Source: an uncultured Actinomycetes bacterium (GTDB lineage: Bacteria > Actinomycetota > Acidimicrobiia > Acidimicrobiales > RAAP-2). From it: DNA of 54,795 nucleotides. This document shows, in pieces, positions 30,710 to 41,103 of the stretch. Under the pieces are notes generated by a model. It was not told the origin of the DNA and made no database searches. It saw nothing but the letters and a program-made list of their open reading frames with translations. Every line of letters begins with the position of its first letter. The stretch's first letter is position 1. Position numbers and translations under genes: made by a program. The stretch covers positions 1-54,795 of the forward strand of contig CAIKZX010000020.1 of the NCBI GenBank assembly GCA_903832015.1, read 5' to 3'.

Positions 30710-31585
30710 ATGTCAGAAGCTAACTCCACTGTAAAATCAATATTTCGTCGCTCCACCGCAACGGTACTACTTGTTCTGGCGGTGCTCTTCCTAGTCATTT
30801 CGGGACCCCTGCGTGCCGGTTGGGGCTTTGTCGGTAACGCAAGTAATGCAAGTAGCACCGCAATCTCATTGATGAAGGACCCAGCGGTTCAACTCCAGGC
30901 CGCCAACAAGATCGAAACAACCCTGCAAGATTCCAGCTCACCCGCTGTCGCACAGCAAATTGCCGCCTACCACCAGGTGGTGATTGGGGCGGTAGTCACA
31001 TTGTTCAATAACCCAATGGTGCAACAGTTGGTGGCGAAAGAGGTTGGTGTGGCCTACACGGCAGCGGTAAGCAGCACCAAGGCAACTCTCGACTTCACCC
31101 CGATTGCCGCACAGGTCACCGCAGCCCTTCACACGGCTGCTCCGGGCATCCCGGTCCAAATTGGCCTCGGCCAGAAATTAGTTCTCACCATTAAGAAGGG
31201 AAGCTATAACTTCTCGGGTCTAGGACGACTGGGGAGCGGTTCGGTTCTTTTGTGGCTGCTTGGTTTAGTCTGCACTCTGATCGCGGCGCTAGTTCTGTTC
31301 CGCACGCGACTGACTCGGCTGTTGGCCGTCGGCGTCAGCTTCGGCCTGGCAGCCCTGGTGCTCCTCGTTTTGTCTAAGGCAGTGGGCGCAATCGCAAAGA
31401 ACGGCACCTCTAATAACGAGCTCGCAACGTCGGTGGCAAAGAGATTGTCCGGGCAATTTGGAAGTTCCCTGGTTCACAGTGCGCTGCTCGACCTATTGAC
31501 GGGAGTTGTGTTGGCGGCGGCGATTGTCGGATTTCATGAGTGGCAAGCACGCAGGAAGACCACCAAGGATGAAGCGGCCGCGTAG
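30710..31585 (+). CDS. Hypothetical membrane protein
   Basis: 291 aa; N-terminal TM, soluble helical region, three C-terminal TMs; no recognisable motif. Confidence 0.7.
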   Translation: MSEANSTVKSIFRRSTATVLLVLAVLFLVISGPLRAGWGFVGNASNASSTAISLMKDPAVQLQAANKIETTLQDSSSPAVAQQIAAYHQVVIGAVVTLFNNPMVQQLVAKEVGVAYTAAVSSTKATLDFTPIAAQVTAALHTAAPGIPVQIGLGQKLVLTIKKGSYNFSGLGRLGSGSVLLWLLGLVCTLIAALVLFRTRLTRLLAVGVSFGLAALVLLVLSKAVGAIAKNGTSNNELATSVAKRLSGQFGSSLVHSALLDLLTGVVLAAAIVGFHEWQARRKTTKDEAAA

Positions 31586-31615
31586 CCTCACACCGATTGT
31601 CTAAGGTCGTCGTAT

Positions 31616-34600
31616 ATGGCCGGCCTACATCTACATCAGTCTGAGGACTTAACCGAAGCTGTAGAGCGCTTGGCCAGCACACTAGCCAATGCCGGTTTAG
31701 GGCTACTCGAGAAGCCGTGGCTAGTCGTTCCCTCCGCGGGCATTCGGCAATGGCTCGATGGACATCTCTCGGAGAATCTAGGAACAGGTGAAGGCACCCG
31801 CGATGGCATCACGGCGAATCTCTCCTATTTTTTCCCCGAACAACTTGTTAGTGAGGTTGAACACCTTGTTCTTAAGGAGCTGGGCAAACCCCATTTGAAT
31901 TGGTCAAAGGAGCTTCTCGCTCTGCGGATTTTCGGCCAAAACTCGAGTCTCGATTTTGCTCATGCGCGAAGGCTTGGCGAAATCGTCGACAACTTAAATC
32001 GCTGGCGCCCCGAGACACTCGTGGGCTCGGGAAGAGAAGAATTTGCCGAAGTCAAGGGCGCCTATGAGCAGCTCTCTTCGTACGGCCTACGTCCACACGA
32101 GCAACGGCGGTTGGTTTTAGAAACTCTTAGAGCTGGGAAAAGTGGATCGCTGCCGTCCGTAATTGCGCTGATTGGGCTAACCAACATGCCAGGTGGACGC
32201 CAGTTTGGTGAGATGCTCGCTGCGCTGTCAAACCAGTGCGAAGTGTATATTTTTGAACCGGTGACGACCTTGCACGAAGTTGTCAGAGAGCCAAAGTTCT
32301 TACCGGCTCGCTGGAATAGTGAAGTCGGTGAAGCCAAGTCACTGTATTTGGAGCTCGCGCAAGCACACGGGGTAGTCGTGACTACCTCCAGTGTAAAAAG
32401 TGACGCTACCTCGACGCTGGCTAATTTGCAAGAGAGTTTTCGTAGCGGCCAGTACGCACCGGTGGCGGAGGCCGATGATTCGGTCAAGGTGATTGGGTCG
32501 TACGGAAATAGTCGGCAAGTTGAAACCCTTCGAACAGAACTACTGGCGATCTTGAATGATCCAAAGTTAGAGATAGAGCCCCACGAAATTCTGGTGGTTA
32601 CGCCTGACCTCCCCAGTTTTGGACCTCTACTTGAACGTCATTGGCTCTACGAACGAAACACCGTTGGAGTACCGCGTCTCCCGATTGATTACGCCGAGCG
32701 TCCATCGGGACACTGGGTCACTCGGCTGGACGCGTCGCTCGAGCTTCTTCGAATGATCGGTACGCGTGTCACGGTCGAGCAGGTCAGCTCTTTCGTGGCT
32801 ATACCAGCGGTTAGCGAGGCCTTAGATCTTGAGCCCGAAGAACAGGACCGACTGTGGGCGCTCGCGAGCGAAAACAAGGTCATGGCGGGAACCTCAAACG
32901 AACAGCGCGCAGACTTTGAACTCATGCCCCGCGTGAGTACGAGTGGGGTTCCGATCAACGTGGGCACGTGGGAGCGGTTTATCGACGGGGTGGTGACGAC
33001 TTACACCATGCCCGCCGAGGCCATCACCACGGTACGGGCCATCGGCACGATTGATGATGCGTACCTTCTTTCACGTTTACTGCCCCTGCTCCATGTTCTA
33101 GAAGGCGAGTCGAGTCTTCGCACTAGCGCCACAAGATTGAATCTTTCATCGTGGCTCGATCGCCTCGAAGGCTGGGTCAGCGAACTTATTCCCGCTACCG
33201 ACACCGACCGGAGCTTCGAACGCCAACTCTTAAAGTTTCGGGGTTGGGTAGGCGAGCTACCCGAATCAATCGATATTTCATTCCTAGAGTTTCAAGAACT
33301 CTGGCGAGGCGACGGCGGCTCAGCTACCTCACCGAATGTGTTTGGACGTGGTGGAGTAGTGGTGAGTGGGCTGAGCGCCCTACCAAATGTTCCGTTCAAA
33401 GTAGTTGCACTAATCGGATTTGATGAGGCGAATTTACCCGGGGCGACTGCGCAAGAAGGCCTGACCGGTGAGCGCAGAATTGGTGAACCAAGTCCCCGTC
33501 AGTCCATGCTGCAAGCTTTAGTGCAAGGTGTTATGAGTGCCCAAGAGCGCCTGGTCATAACCTATAACGCCAACAGTGACGAAAGCGGTGAACCAATAGA
33601 GCCCGCAATCCCGCTCGAAGAATTAATCGAAGGACTTGTGGTGCTGACCGGGGGGACTTTTAAAACAATCACCACGAGTCGACACGAATTCTTCCTGTCT
33701 CCGAAGGACCAAACGGGTAAAACCCACGACCCTCGGGTTCGCGACTTAGCGGGACTGGAAAATGACCTGCCAACTGCGACCTTGAACTTTGCCGAGTTTC
33801 TAGATCCCCAACGCGCCGAACGCAAAGTCGTTACGGTTCAAGAATTACTGGGTTTCTACAAGAGTCCACAAAGGTTCTTTCTCGAATCAGTGATGGGTGT
33901 TCAACGACCCTCTTGGTGGCCCGAATCAAGTGGTGGGGTTAGCTTCGGGTGGGACCGGTGGACCTCCCCAGAAATTCACAAGGAGTTGGTGCGCCAGGTT
34001 AGAGACTACGTACGAACACATCCAGAAATCGATTCAATGGTGCACCTAGTAACTGGCGAAGAGATTATTAAGAAATCGCTGGTGAAGCGCAACGCCGAAC
34101 TCGCTGCAGCCTTTGATGATTATTACGCTTCACTGCTGGAAGGCTTGAGAATTGATACCGCTAAGACCGGCGCTATTCCGCCAGTTATTTGGCAGACGGC
34201 AATAGACCGAGACACAATTGCGTACGAGGCCTTCACTCTTGAAGCGGAATTTGAAAGATTCGAAGAGGTTGATCCTCTGTTTCCGCGAACCTTCACGGTT
34301 GGGGAATGGACCATTGACGCCGGTGGCGAACTCGGAGACCGGGAAGAGGCGGAATTCACGATGTACCGAGAGCTACATAGTGGAGGTCGGCGACTGGTTG
34401 AAGTAGTGAGCAAAAAAGATCGCTACTGGATAGACAAAGAGGGGCCAATAACCAGAGCGCATCTTCGAATCATGATTGGCCTGCTTTTGCTAAAGGTTGC
34501 GGGCGTCGAAGAGACCAGTGCGGAGCTCTTGTACTTAGAGGAGCCATCGATAAACAGATACGGAAGTCCACGAGGCGTCGGCATCGTCCCGATTGAGTGC

Positions 34601-34990
34601 AACCTCACGACTAGCGAAGCTAGTGAGCTGTTAGCTGAGATTCTCGGCGTCTATTCGAAGGTGTGGAATGGCCCCGTTCCACTCTTCCCAAAGACGACTT
34701 TTGCGGTGGCCAGCGGGGGGAGCGGCGTGGGGGCTTGGGAGTCAGACCGCAATGCAACCGGCGAAGGGTCGTACTCAGAGAATTTGGTTCTGTACCCTTA
34801 CGGCTACGAAGAACTAAAGGCACTGCTGTCAAATGAGGGCCAGCCCAAGGGCGAGTTACCCTACTCTTCCGATCTGATTAGGTGGCAGGCTGCTTTCAAG
34901 TTTGAGGAAATCAAGACCGGCGATTCCGAGCTTTCGCCACGAGTGCGAGCCGGACTCGAAGCGGCCCAGGCCGAAGGCACACGCCCATGA
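31616..34990 (+). CDS. recC: Exodeoxyribonuclease V gamma subunit RecC (divergent)
   Basis: 1124 aa; LVVPSAGIRQWL, RQVETLR..LL, EILVVTPDL, VPFKVVALIG, SAQERLVITY, L..FYKSPQRFFL; ATGA-coupled to recB. Confidence 0.82.
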   Translation: MAGLHLHQSEDLTEAVERLASTLANAGLGLLEKPWLVVPSAGIRQWLDGHLSENLGTGEGTRDGITANLSYFFPEQLVSEVEHLVLKELGKPHLNWSKELLALRIFGQNSSLDFAHARRLGEIVDNLNRWRPETLVGSGREEFAEVKGAYEQLSSYGLRPHEQRRLVLETLRAGKSGSLPSVIALIGLTNMPGGRQFGEMLAALSNQCEVYIFEPVTTLHEVVREPKFLPARWNSEVGEAKSLYLELAQAHGVVVTTSSVKSDATSTLANLQESFRSGQYAPVAEADDSVKVIGSYGNSRQVETLRTELLAILNDPKLEIEPHEILVVTPDLPSFGPLLERHWLYERNTVGVPRLPIDYAERPSGHWVTRLDASLELLRMIGTRVTVEQVSSFVAIPAVSEALDLEPEEQDRLWALASENKVMAGTSNEQRADFELMPRVSTSGVPINVGTWERFIDGVVTTYTMPAEAITTVRAIGTIDDAYLLSRLLPLLHVLEGESSLRTSATRLNLSSWLDRLEGWVSELIPATDTDRSFERQLLKFRGWVGELPESIDISFLEFQELWRGDGGSATSPNVFGRGGVVVSGLSALPNVPFKVVALIGFDEANLPGATAQEGLTGERRIGEPSPRQSMLQALVQGVMSAQERLVITYNANSDESGEPIEPAIPLEELIEGLVVLTGGTFKTITTSRHEFFLSPKDQTGKTHDPRVRDLAGLENDLPTATLNFAEFLDPQRAERKVVTVQELLGFYKSPQRFFLESVMGVQRPSWWPESSGGVSFGWDRWTSPEIHKELVRQVRDYVRTHPEIDSMVHLVTGEEIIKKSLVKRNAELAAAFDDYYASLLEGLRIDTAKTGAIPPVIWQTAIDRDTIAYEAFTLEAEFERFEEVDPLFPRTFTVGEWTIDAGGELGDREEAEFTMYRELHSGGRRLVEVVSKKDRYWIDKEGPITRAHLRIMIGLLLLKVAGVEETSAELLYLEEPSINRYGSPRGVGIVPIECNLTTSEASELLAEILGVYSKVWNGPVPLFPKTTFAVASGGSGVGAWESDRNATGEGSYSENLVLYPYGYEELKALLSNEGQPKGELPYSSDLIRWQAAFKFEEIKTGDSELSPRVRAGLEAAQAEGTRP

Positions 34991-37900
34991 CCCTTTATTT
35001 TGATCTCAAGGAATCGACCGATCGGCTCCCTTCATTGTTAATGATCTCGGCGAGCGCGGGAACTGGCAAAACCTACACAATTACCGACCTCGCAGCGAGG
35101 TGGATGTTAGAAAACAACCAGCGCCCTGAGAGCTTGTTGATGGTCACCTTCTCAAAAGATGCGGCTCGGGAACTCAAAACGAAACTTCGGAGTCGAGTAC
35201 AGAAGTGGATTGAAGCACTTGAGGAGACTGCTACCGGCTCTGACGAACTTGACTCGAACGAAGTCCCCAGAGAGGCCGCTCGTCTAGTCGCGGCCAAGTT
35301 GGGAACCGAGGTGGCACTTGGGCGAATGCGCTCAATTTTGAGTGACTTGGACGAAGTCTCTGCTCGCACGATTCATTCCTTCATTGGAACAATCACCAAG
35401 GTAGATGCGAAGAAGCAAACCAACGCACAATCACTGGTTGAACGAGCAGTTAATGAGGAACTCATTTGGCGAGCTAATACCGAGACTATGACGGTACAGC
35501 AGGCACTGCGCTCGAGTGGAAAAAAAGCAAAACTCGAAAGCCGAATGAAGTCTCTCAATCAACGAATGCGCTTGGCCGTAGACAGAATGGCCTCAGCTGG
35601 GGAGTACGTCTCGCTACAGAATGACAATGACTCAGGATTTACGGCTTTGCTCACCCGGGCCCGAGCGCGTGTTGATAAGTTGCGCCAGGATGAGGGGGTT
35701 TCCACATTTGATGGAATGATTTCCGATCTCGCGGGGGAATTGCATGAAGGGGCGGAGTCCTTTGCGACTGCACTACGGGACCAATTCAAATTGGTCATGA
35801 TTGACGAGTTTCAAGATACCGATAAGTTGCAATGGCAAATTTTTCAAACCCTTTTCAGGGATCCGTCCTATGGCCCGGTCACCTCAATGGTGCTTGTCGG
35901 AGACCCCAAGCAGGCCATCTACGGCTTCCGAGGGGGTGACGTGGAAGTGTTCCGCGCGCAACAGCAAGAGATTCAGCAAATCGAGAGCCCCAATTCGAAG
36001 TTGGCGGTTCTGGAAACTAACTATCGCTCAAACAAACCGGTCGTAGCGGCGTACAACGGACTGTTTCTTTTCGCAAACGAAGCCAAGTGGCCTCTGGCTT
36101 CGGTTGTCCCCTCGAGCGAATCGACCTCAGGTGAGGAACTGTCAGCGTTGACTTATCGCCCGGTGCTTGCGGCCAAGGGGGGTGACGGTCGATTCGAAAT
36201 TCGTCGGGTGGCAGGTAACGTGACGGGGGCTAGGCCCATCATCGTTCGCGATGTTCGCAATGAAGTTGTGAGGCTTCTGCGCTCGGGCGTTGCGGCAGCG
36301 GATATTGCAATCTTGTGCACGCAAAAAGAACAACTCAAAGCAATCGGCCGAGAGTTGCGACGACACAACGTACTCAGTGTAAATGTTCGAGTTGACAGTG
36401 TCTTCGGGAGTGACGCCGCGTGGCAACTCCGCACCTTGTTGTGGATGCTGGATGAGCCAAACAACCCACGAAGAGTCAAACTCCTACCGACAATATGGTT
36501 CGAGCTAGCGCCATCAGATATCTCAGAATTATCACTCTTGGTTGAGACCGATGGGTTTGCCGCCGTCCATCGTCGCCTACTGAACGGGCGAACCTTGCGG
36601 AGGGTCCTCGGTCTGTCGCAGGGTGAGCGAAGTTACACAGACCTAGAACACCTTTGTGAGTTGATAGACATGGAGTTTCCCAAGGCATCTAGCCCGTTAG
36701 TAATTCGACGTTGGCTTGAGGAGATGCACGAGGATGCGGCTAACGCTGATGATGAGAGTGCTCGTCGTCGTATCGAGAGTGACGCCAATGCGGTTCGTTT
36801 GACAACCGTGCACTCATCAAAGGGGTTGGAGTGGAGGCACGTACTTGTCGCCGACCTCCATCTTTCAGATCCTCAGACGACGATTAATAGTTTCACTACC
36901 GGTGAAGGACGCGTTATTGATGTGGCCTCGATAGTTGGAATTGAAGGTTCGGACCTAGAGCGAATTGCTGAATCCAGACGTATCGATGAAAACCGACGGT
37001 TGATATATGTGGCACTAACTCGAGGGAAAGAGTCGGTGGTCGCGTGGATTCACGCCGAGCCAAAAGGCGCGGCGCCCTTCGCCGAGCTGGTCGCAAAAAT
37101 TGCTACTGAAATTTCTGCTGAGGAGAAGCTGGCCTACCTCGAGAGTTGGCGGGACGCCTTTCCTGGAGTCCCGGTTGAATTTCCAGTTGTGCGGCTCGTT
37201 GATGAAGACCATTTCCGAAGTTTTCCCGATGAGACGGCAACCGCCAAAGAAACTCGGCTACTCCCGATATATGAAGCGGCCGGTACGGTCAACGAGGCAA
37301 AGCGGCGTTGGAGTTACTCGGGTTTAGGTATTAGTTCATTGGTTGTTTCAGATACCGAATGGGACGCTGCGGTAGTCGAAGTGGCAACGGTCAAGGATGA
37401 GGATGTCGAACTAGACGATGGCACCGATGAAGACCCAGGTCGATCAGTATTTGGCACGCTCCGAGGCGCCTCACTTGGTCTAGCCCTACACCGATACTTC
37501 GAACTGGTTATTGGAGGAAGGGAACTCAGCGCTGAAGAAAAGCGCAAGACTATGGATCAGGCGTTTGGTGAGTTTGGCCTCTTGGATGTGCCAGATTTGA
37601 TGCCGGCCTTGCTAGACCAGCTTTTGTACAGACCACTCGGACCCTTCTTCAAGGGAAAATGCTTTGACGATTATGCCAATACCGCCAACGACCTCGTAAG
37701 TGCGGAGATGCGCTTCACTCTGCCGCTCGCCGGAGGGCGCGACGACGATCGGCTGCTGGAAATTACAAGGTTGGCCTGTGAATTAGACCCGTCGGGCCCC
37801 TTCTACGACTTCTTCACTACGCTGCTCACCACACCTCACTACGCCACTCGCTTAACTCAGGGATACTTAACGGGCTCTTTGGACTTAGTGGTGAACGTGG

Positions 37901-38232
37901 GAACCAGAGTCGAACCGGTAATGGTCGTGGTTGACTACAAGACCAACGGTGCACCGGTGAGCAAAAAATACGACCCCGAGTCCCTGAACCAGGAAATGGC
38001 CAAGTCGGGATATCCGATGCAGGCGCTGTTGTATACCGTTGCTCTTTTTCGCTTCATTCGCAGTCGGACCTCGGTGGCTAAGCCCGAAGAGCTAATTGGT
38101 GGCGTTCTGTACTACTACGTTCGTGGCGCGCTCGTAAACGCAAGCCCCCAAGACGGACTCATGACTTGGCAGGTTCCGCCGGCACTGGTTGTTGCGGTGA
38201 GCGACGCTCTAGACGGACGAGGTAGATCATGA
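34987..38232 (+). CDS. recB: Exodeoxyribonuclease V beta subunit RecB (helicase-nuclease)
   Basis: ASAGTGKT, IDEFQDT, VGDPKQAIYGFRGGD, NYRS, TVHSSKGLE, YVALTRG; nuclease motifs GSLDLV, VDYKT, QALLY. Confidence 0.9.
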   Translation: MTLYFDLKESTDRLPSLLMISASAGTGKTYTITDLAARWMLENNQRPESLLMVTFSKDAARELKTKLRSRVQKWIEALEETATGSDELDSNEVPREAARLVAAKLGTEVALGRMRSILSDLDEVSARTIHSFIGTITKVDAKKQTNAQSLVERAVNEELIWRANTETMTVQQALRSSGKKAKLESRMKSLNQRMRLAVDRMASAGEYVSLQNDNDSGFTALLTRARARVDKLRQDEGVSTFDGMISDLAGELHEGAESFATALRDQFKLVMIDEFQDTDKLQWQIFQTLFRDPSYGPVTSMVLVGDPKQAIYGFRGGDVEVFRAQQQEIQQIESPNSKLAVLETNYRSNKPVVAAYNGLFLFANEAKWPLASVVPSSESTSGEELSALTYRPVLAAKGGDGRFEIRRVAGNVTGARPIIVRDVRNEVVRLLRSGVAAADIAILCTQKEQLKAIGRELRRHNVLSVNVRVDSVFGSDAAWQLRTLLWMLDEPNNPRRVKLLPTIWFELAPSDISELSLLVETDGFAAVHRRLLNGRTLRRVLGLSQGERSYTDLEHLCELIDMEFPKASSPLVIRRWLEEMHEDAANADDESARRRIESDANAVRLTTVHSSKGLEWRHVLVADLHLSDPQTTINSFTTGEGRVIDVASIVGIEGSDLERIAESRRIDENRRLIYVALTRGKESVVAWIHAEPKGAAPFAELVAKIATEISAEEKLAYLESWRDAFPGVPVEFPVVRLVDEDHFRSFPDETATAKETRLLPIYEAAGTVNEAKRRWSYSGLGISSLVVSDTEWDAAVVEVATVKDEDVELDDGTDEDPGRSVFGTLRGASLGLALHRYFELVIGGRELSAEEKRKTMDQAFGEFGLLDVPDLMPALLDQLLYRPLGPFFKGKCFDDYANTANDLVSAEMRFTLPLAGGRDDDRLLEITRLACELDPSGPFYDFFTTLLTTPHYATRLTQGYLTGSLDLVVNVGTRVEPVMVVVDYKTNGAPVSKKYDPESLNQEMAKSGYPMQALLYTVALFRFIRSRTSVAKPEELIGGVLYYYVRGALVNASPQDGLMTWQVPPALVVAVSDALDGRGRS

Positions 38233-40085
38233 ACGAGTTGCACTACGAATGGCAAACCAGTGAGGTACTCCGATCGGTCTTTACAACGGGTGACCTACTC
38301 GTTGCCGAGTCACTGATTCGTCAAGCACGAATGGAGGGGAGCGACTGGCAACCAAGCGAAGTCGAGATTACTTCCCTGCTCTTGCTCGCCAAGGCCACTC
38401 GTTTAGAGCACGTGGCGCTTCCCTTGCGCGAGGAAGATTTGACCGAGCAATTGCGACGTGACCTGTGGGGCGACGATGAAAAGTTAGTGCAACTTCATCC
38501 ATCGGCCGCTGAGGTAGTGGGGGCATTCCAAGGGAAAAGGCTTTGGCACGAGTCCCTCTGCGAGATCGTTGATATCGCCACCGATCTCCCCGCATCAGGG
38601 CGCCCTATCGTCATTGCTAAGAACGGCGCTTCGTACGAGTTTGCGTATCTACGGCGACTCGCCTACGCCGAAGACCAAGTAGCTCTCGAACTCATCAACT
38701 CCATCGACACCATCTCCGAGGTGTTCTCAAAGCGAGGGTTCACCCATGACGCGCTAATGAAATCACTAGCGACCGCAGCACCAAATTTGCAGACCAACGA
38801 AGCGGTCTCTCAAGCCCTACGTAACTTGATTACTCGCCGTATCTCCGTTCTTACGGGCGGACCCGGTACGGGCAAGACCTTCACGGTGGCGGCCTTTCTG
38901 GCCGCTCTGCAGACTGAAGCGTTACTTAGCAACCAAGTCTTGAAGGTCGCTCGGTGCGCACCCACCTCGAAAGCATCGGTACGACTAGGTGAACAAATTG
39001 AAGCGGCTTTTTCTGAGCTCCCCATGAGTGACACGTATGGCCTCACTTTTGACGCACGATCGGGATCGGTGCAACGACTGCTTCGGATGCACAAGAACAG
39101 TTCGACGGCGAATCGGGAACTCGATGTCGACCTACTAATAGTTGATGAAGTTTCGATGCTGGATCTGGGGCTCCTGGAGCAACTTTTGGGATCTGTGCAA
39201 CCGCACACCCACGTGCTGTTGGTGGGTGACCCGAATCAACTCATCTCGGTACGGGTCGGGGCAATCTTGCGCGACATCGTTGAATTGGCAGCAGTGGATG
39301 GCCCAGCGCGAGCTATCGTGACCGAACTGACAGTCGCTCACCGATTTGGTGAGTCGATTAATGCCTTGGCGATTGCAATTAATGCGGGTGACATTGCAGC
39401 GGTGAACAGTGCGTTGCGGACATATTCCGGTGAGCTATCTCGAGTGGAGTCGGCGGATTCCGTGAGCGAGCGAGTACTTGATTGGGCGCGTCAGTTGACG
39501 ATTGCGTCACGAGCAGATGACCCGACAGCGGGCATCGAGTCCTTGCGCACACTCAGCGTACTTTGTGGCACGCGAATGGGTCACGGATCAGTTGCTTGGT
39601 GGACGAAGAAGATTCAAACATCTCTCGTAGTTGAAGGCCGGCTCGCACCCGATGAGCGAGTTCCTACGGGTGCTCCGATAATGGTCACCAAGAATGAACT
39701 CCGGGCGGGATTCAATGACACGGAGGCCCTCAGTAACGGTGACCTGGGACTAGCCATGAGTAACACTTCAGGCGAGCAGGTGGTTTTTGGACCATCGGGG
39801 CGGCCCAGGGTCAGGCGGCCGAGTGACATTGAACACTTTGAACTCGGGTGGAGTTTGACAATTCATAAGTCGCAAGGTTCCGACTACGACGAAGTCATTG
39901 TCTCGCTTCCGCCTACGAAAGGCACATTCGTTAGTCGGGAGTTGTTGTACACGGCGGTCACGCGCGCTAAGGCTAAGGTCACAATCATTGGCTCGCTCGA
40001 AACAATCGAAGCCGCAATCAAGATTCGGGCTAATCGAATTGGTGGCTTGAAGCTGCGTCTAGCTCAGAAGCTACAAGCAAAATAA
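38229..40085 (+). CDS. recD: Exodeoxyribonuclease V alpha subunit RecD
   Basis: GGPGTGKT, APTSKA, VDEVSM, VGDPNQL, NGDLG, TIHKSQGS, ELLYTAVTRAK; coupled to recB. Confidence 0.9.
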   Translation: MNELHYEWQTSEVLRSVFTTGDLLVAESLIRQARMEGSDWQPSEVEITSLLLLAKATRLEHVALPLREEDLTEQLRRDLWGDDEKLVQLHPSAAEVVGAFQGKRLWHESLCEIVDIATDLPASGRPIVIAKNGASYEFAYLRRLAYAEDQVALELINSIDTISEVFSKRGFTHDALMKSLATAAPNLQTNEAVSQALRNLITRRISVLTGGPGTGKTFTVAAFLAALQTEALLSNQVLKVARCAPTSKASVRLGEQIEAAFSELPMSDTYGLTFDARSGSVQRLLRMHKNSSTANRELDVDLLIVDEVSMLDLGLLEQLLGSVQPHTHVLLVGDPNQLISVRVGAILRDIVELAAVDGPARAIVTELTVAHRFGESINALAIAINAGDIAAVNSALRTYSGELSRVESADSVSERVLDWARQLTIASRADDPTAGIESLRTLSVLCGTRMGHGSVAWWTKKIQTSLVVEGRLAPDERVPTGAPIMVTKNELRAGFNDTEALSNGDLGLAMSNTSGEQVVFGPSGRPRVRRPSDIEHFELGWSLTIHKSQGSDYDEVIVSLPPTKGTFVSRELLYTAVTRAKAKVTIIGSLETIEAAIKIRANRIGGLKLRLAQKLQAK

Positions 40086-40118
40086 GCGAATGCGTCACGC
40101 CACCTCGAAGTGGTGGTG

Positions 40119-41060
40119 TTAGGGGGAGGTCGGCGTCTTTGGCCGACGCGTCCCCGGCTCTCGATCACGGGCAGTTTGGCGGACATTGAACTGCGTAACG
40201 CCAATGGCCAACGAGGTAGCTCCGGCCACGTGCAAGCCAACCAACAATGCGGGAACGTGAGTCAGGTATTGCACCGCTCCAATAGCGGCTTGAATTAGGG
40301 CCACCACCATCAAGCGACGAACACCGAACTTCACCGGCTCGGGAACAGGAGTTTTCCAAATTGCTAGAAGGAGCCCGAAGACCACGCCAATAAACAAGAT
40401 GGCAGTGAGTGAGTGAATCCATGCCGCGGATGAAAACCCAATCGACAAGCGCTTGGCCACCAGTTGGCCAGTGGCTGAACCGGCGTGAGGCCCACTGCCG
40501 GTGGCCAAGGTCCCGGTGTAGAGGACTGCGGCGAGTAGCACCCAAGTAGAACGAGCAATTTTTTTGAAGAAGGGATCGCGCACTTCGGCGCGCGCGCCCT
40601 CCCCGTAGAGGTACTTCGAACGGTGGTAGAGCGTAGCGCCGACCACCACCATGAAAAGAGAAAGCATCATGTGGAGAGATACGAGCCAAGGATTTAATTT
40701 GGTGTAGACCACGATTGCCCCCAACAACGCATCGAGAAAGACGCCGCCAATTAGGGCACCCGAAAGAAGTATCAAGTCCTTTCGTCTCGGTGAACGTAGT
40801 AAAGCGGCGATGAAGGTAATGACGGTGACCACAATGAGTGTTCCCGTGACCATCCGGTTGGCGTATTCAATAAGTGGGTGCAAGCTCCACGAGCCGGAAA
40901 TGCGGTGTTGGAAACAAGTGGGCCAGTCCGGGCAACCTAGGCCAGAGCCGGTGAGGCGTACGGCGGCTCCCGTGAGAATGATGACAATCATGGAGACGAA
41001 ATCAGCCAGCGCGAACCAGCGAAAAAGGGGTCCAGATACGGGACGGCGGTTAGTAGTCAC
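40119..41060 (-). CDS. ctaA: Heme A synthase (COX15/CtaA)
   Basis: GAAVRLTGSGLGCPDWPTC, EYANR, conserved His residues, actinobacterial GSGPHAG motif. Confidence 0.9.
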   Translation of the reverse strand: MTTNRRPVSGPLFRWFALADFVSMIVIILTGAAVRLTGSGLGCPDWPTCFQHRISGSWSLHPLIEYANRMVTGTLIVVTVITFIAALLRSPRRKDLILLSGALIGGVFLDALLGAIVVYTKLNPWLVSLHMMLSLFMVVVGATLYHRSKYLYGEGARAEVRDPFFKKIARSTWVLLAAVLYTGTLATGSGPHAGSATGQLVAKRLSIGFSSAAWIHSLTAILFIGVVFGLLLAIWKTPVPEPVKFGVRRLMVVALIQAAIGAVQYLTHVPALLVGLHVAGATSLAIGVTQFNVRQTARDREPGTRRPKTPTSP

Positions 41061-41103
41061 CCCCTAAGCCTAGGTAGTTTTTCTGTCTCGTAGTATGGAA
41101 AAC

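Noticed and set aside
31586-31607. CCTCAC-N10-TAAGGT before recC as a PafBC/RecA-NDp damage promoter
   Set aside because: Spacing fits, but the upstream hexamer is a poor match to TGTCGG/TGTCAG.
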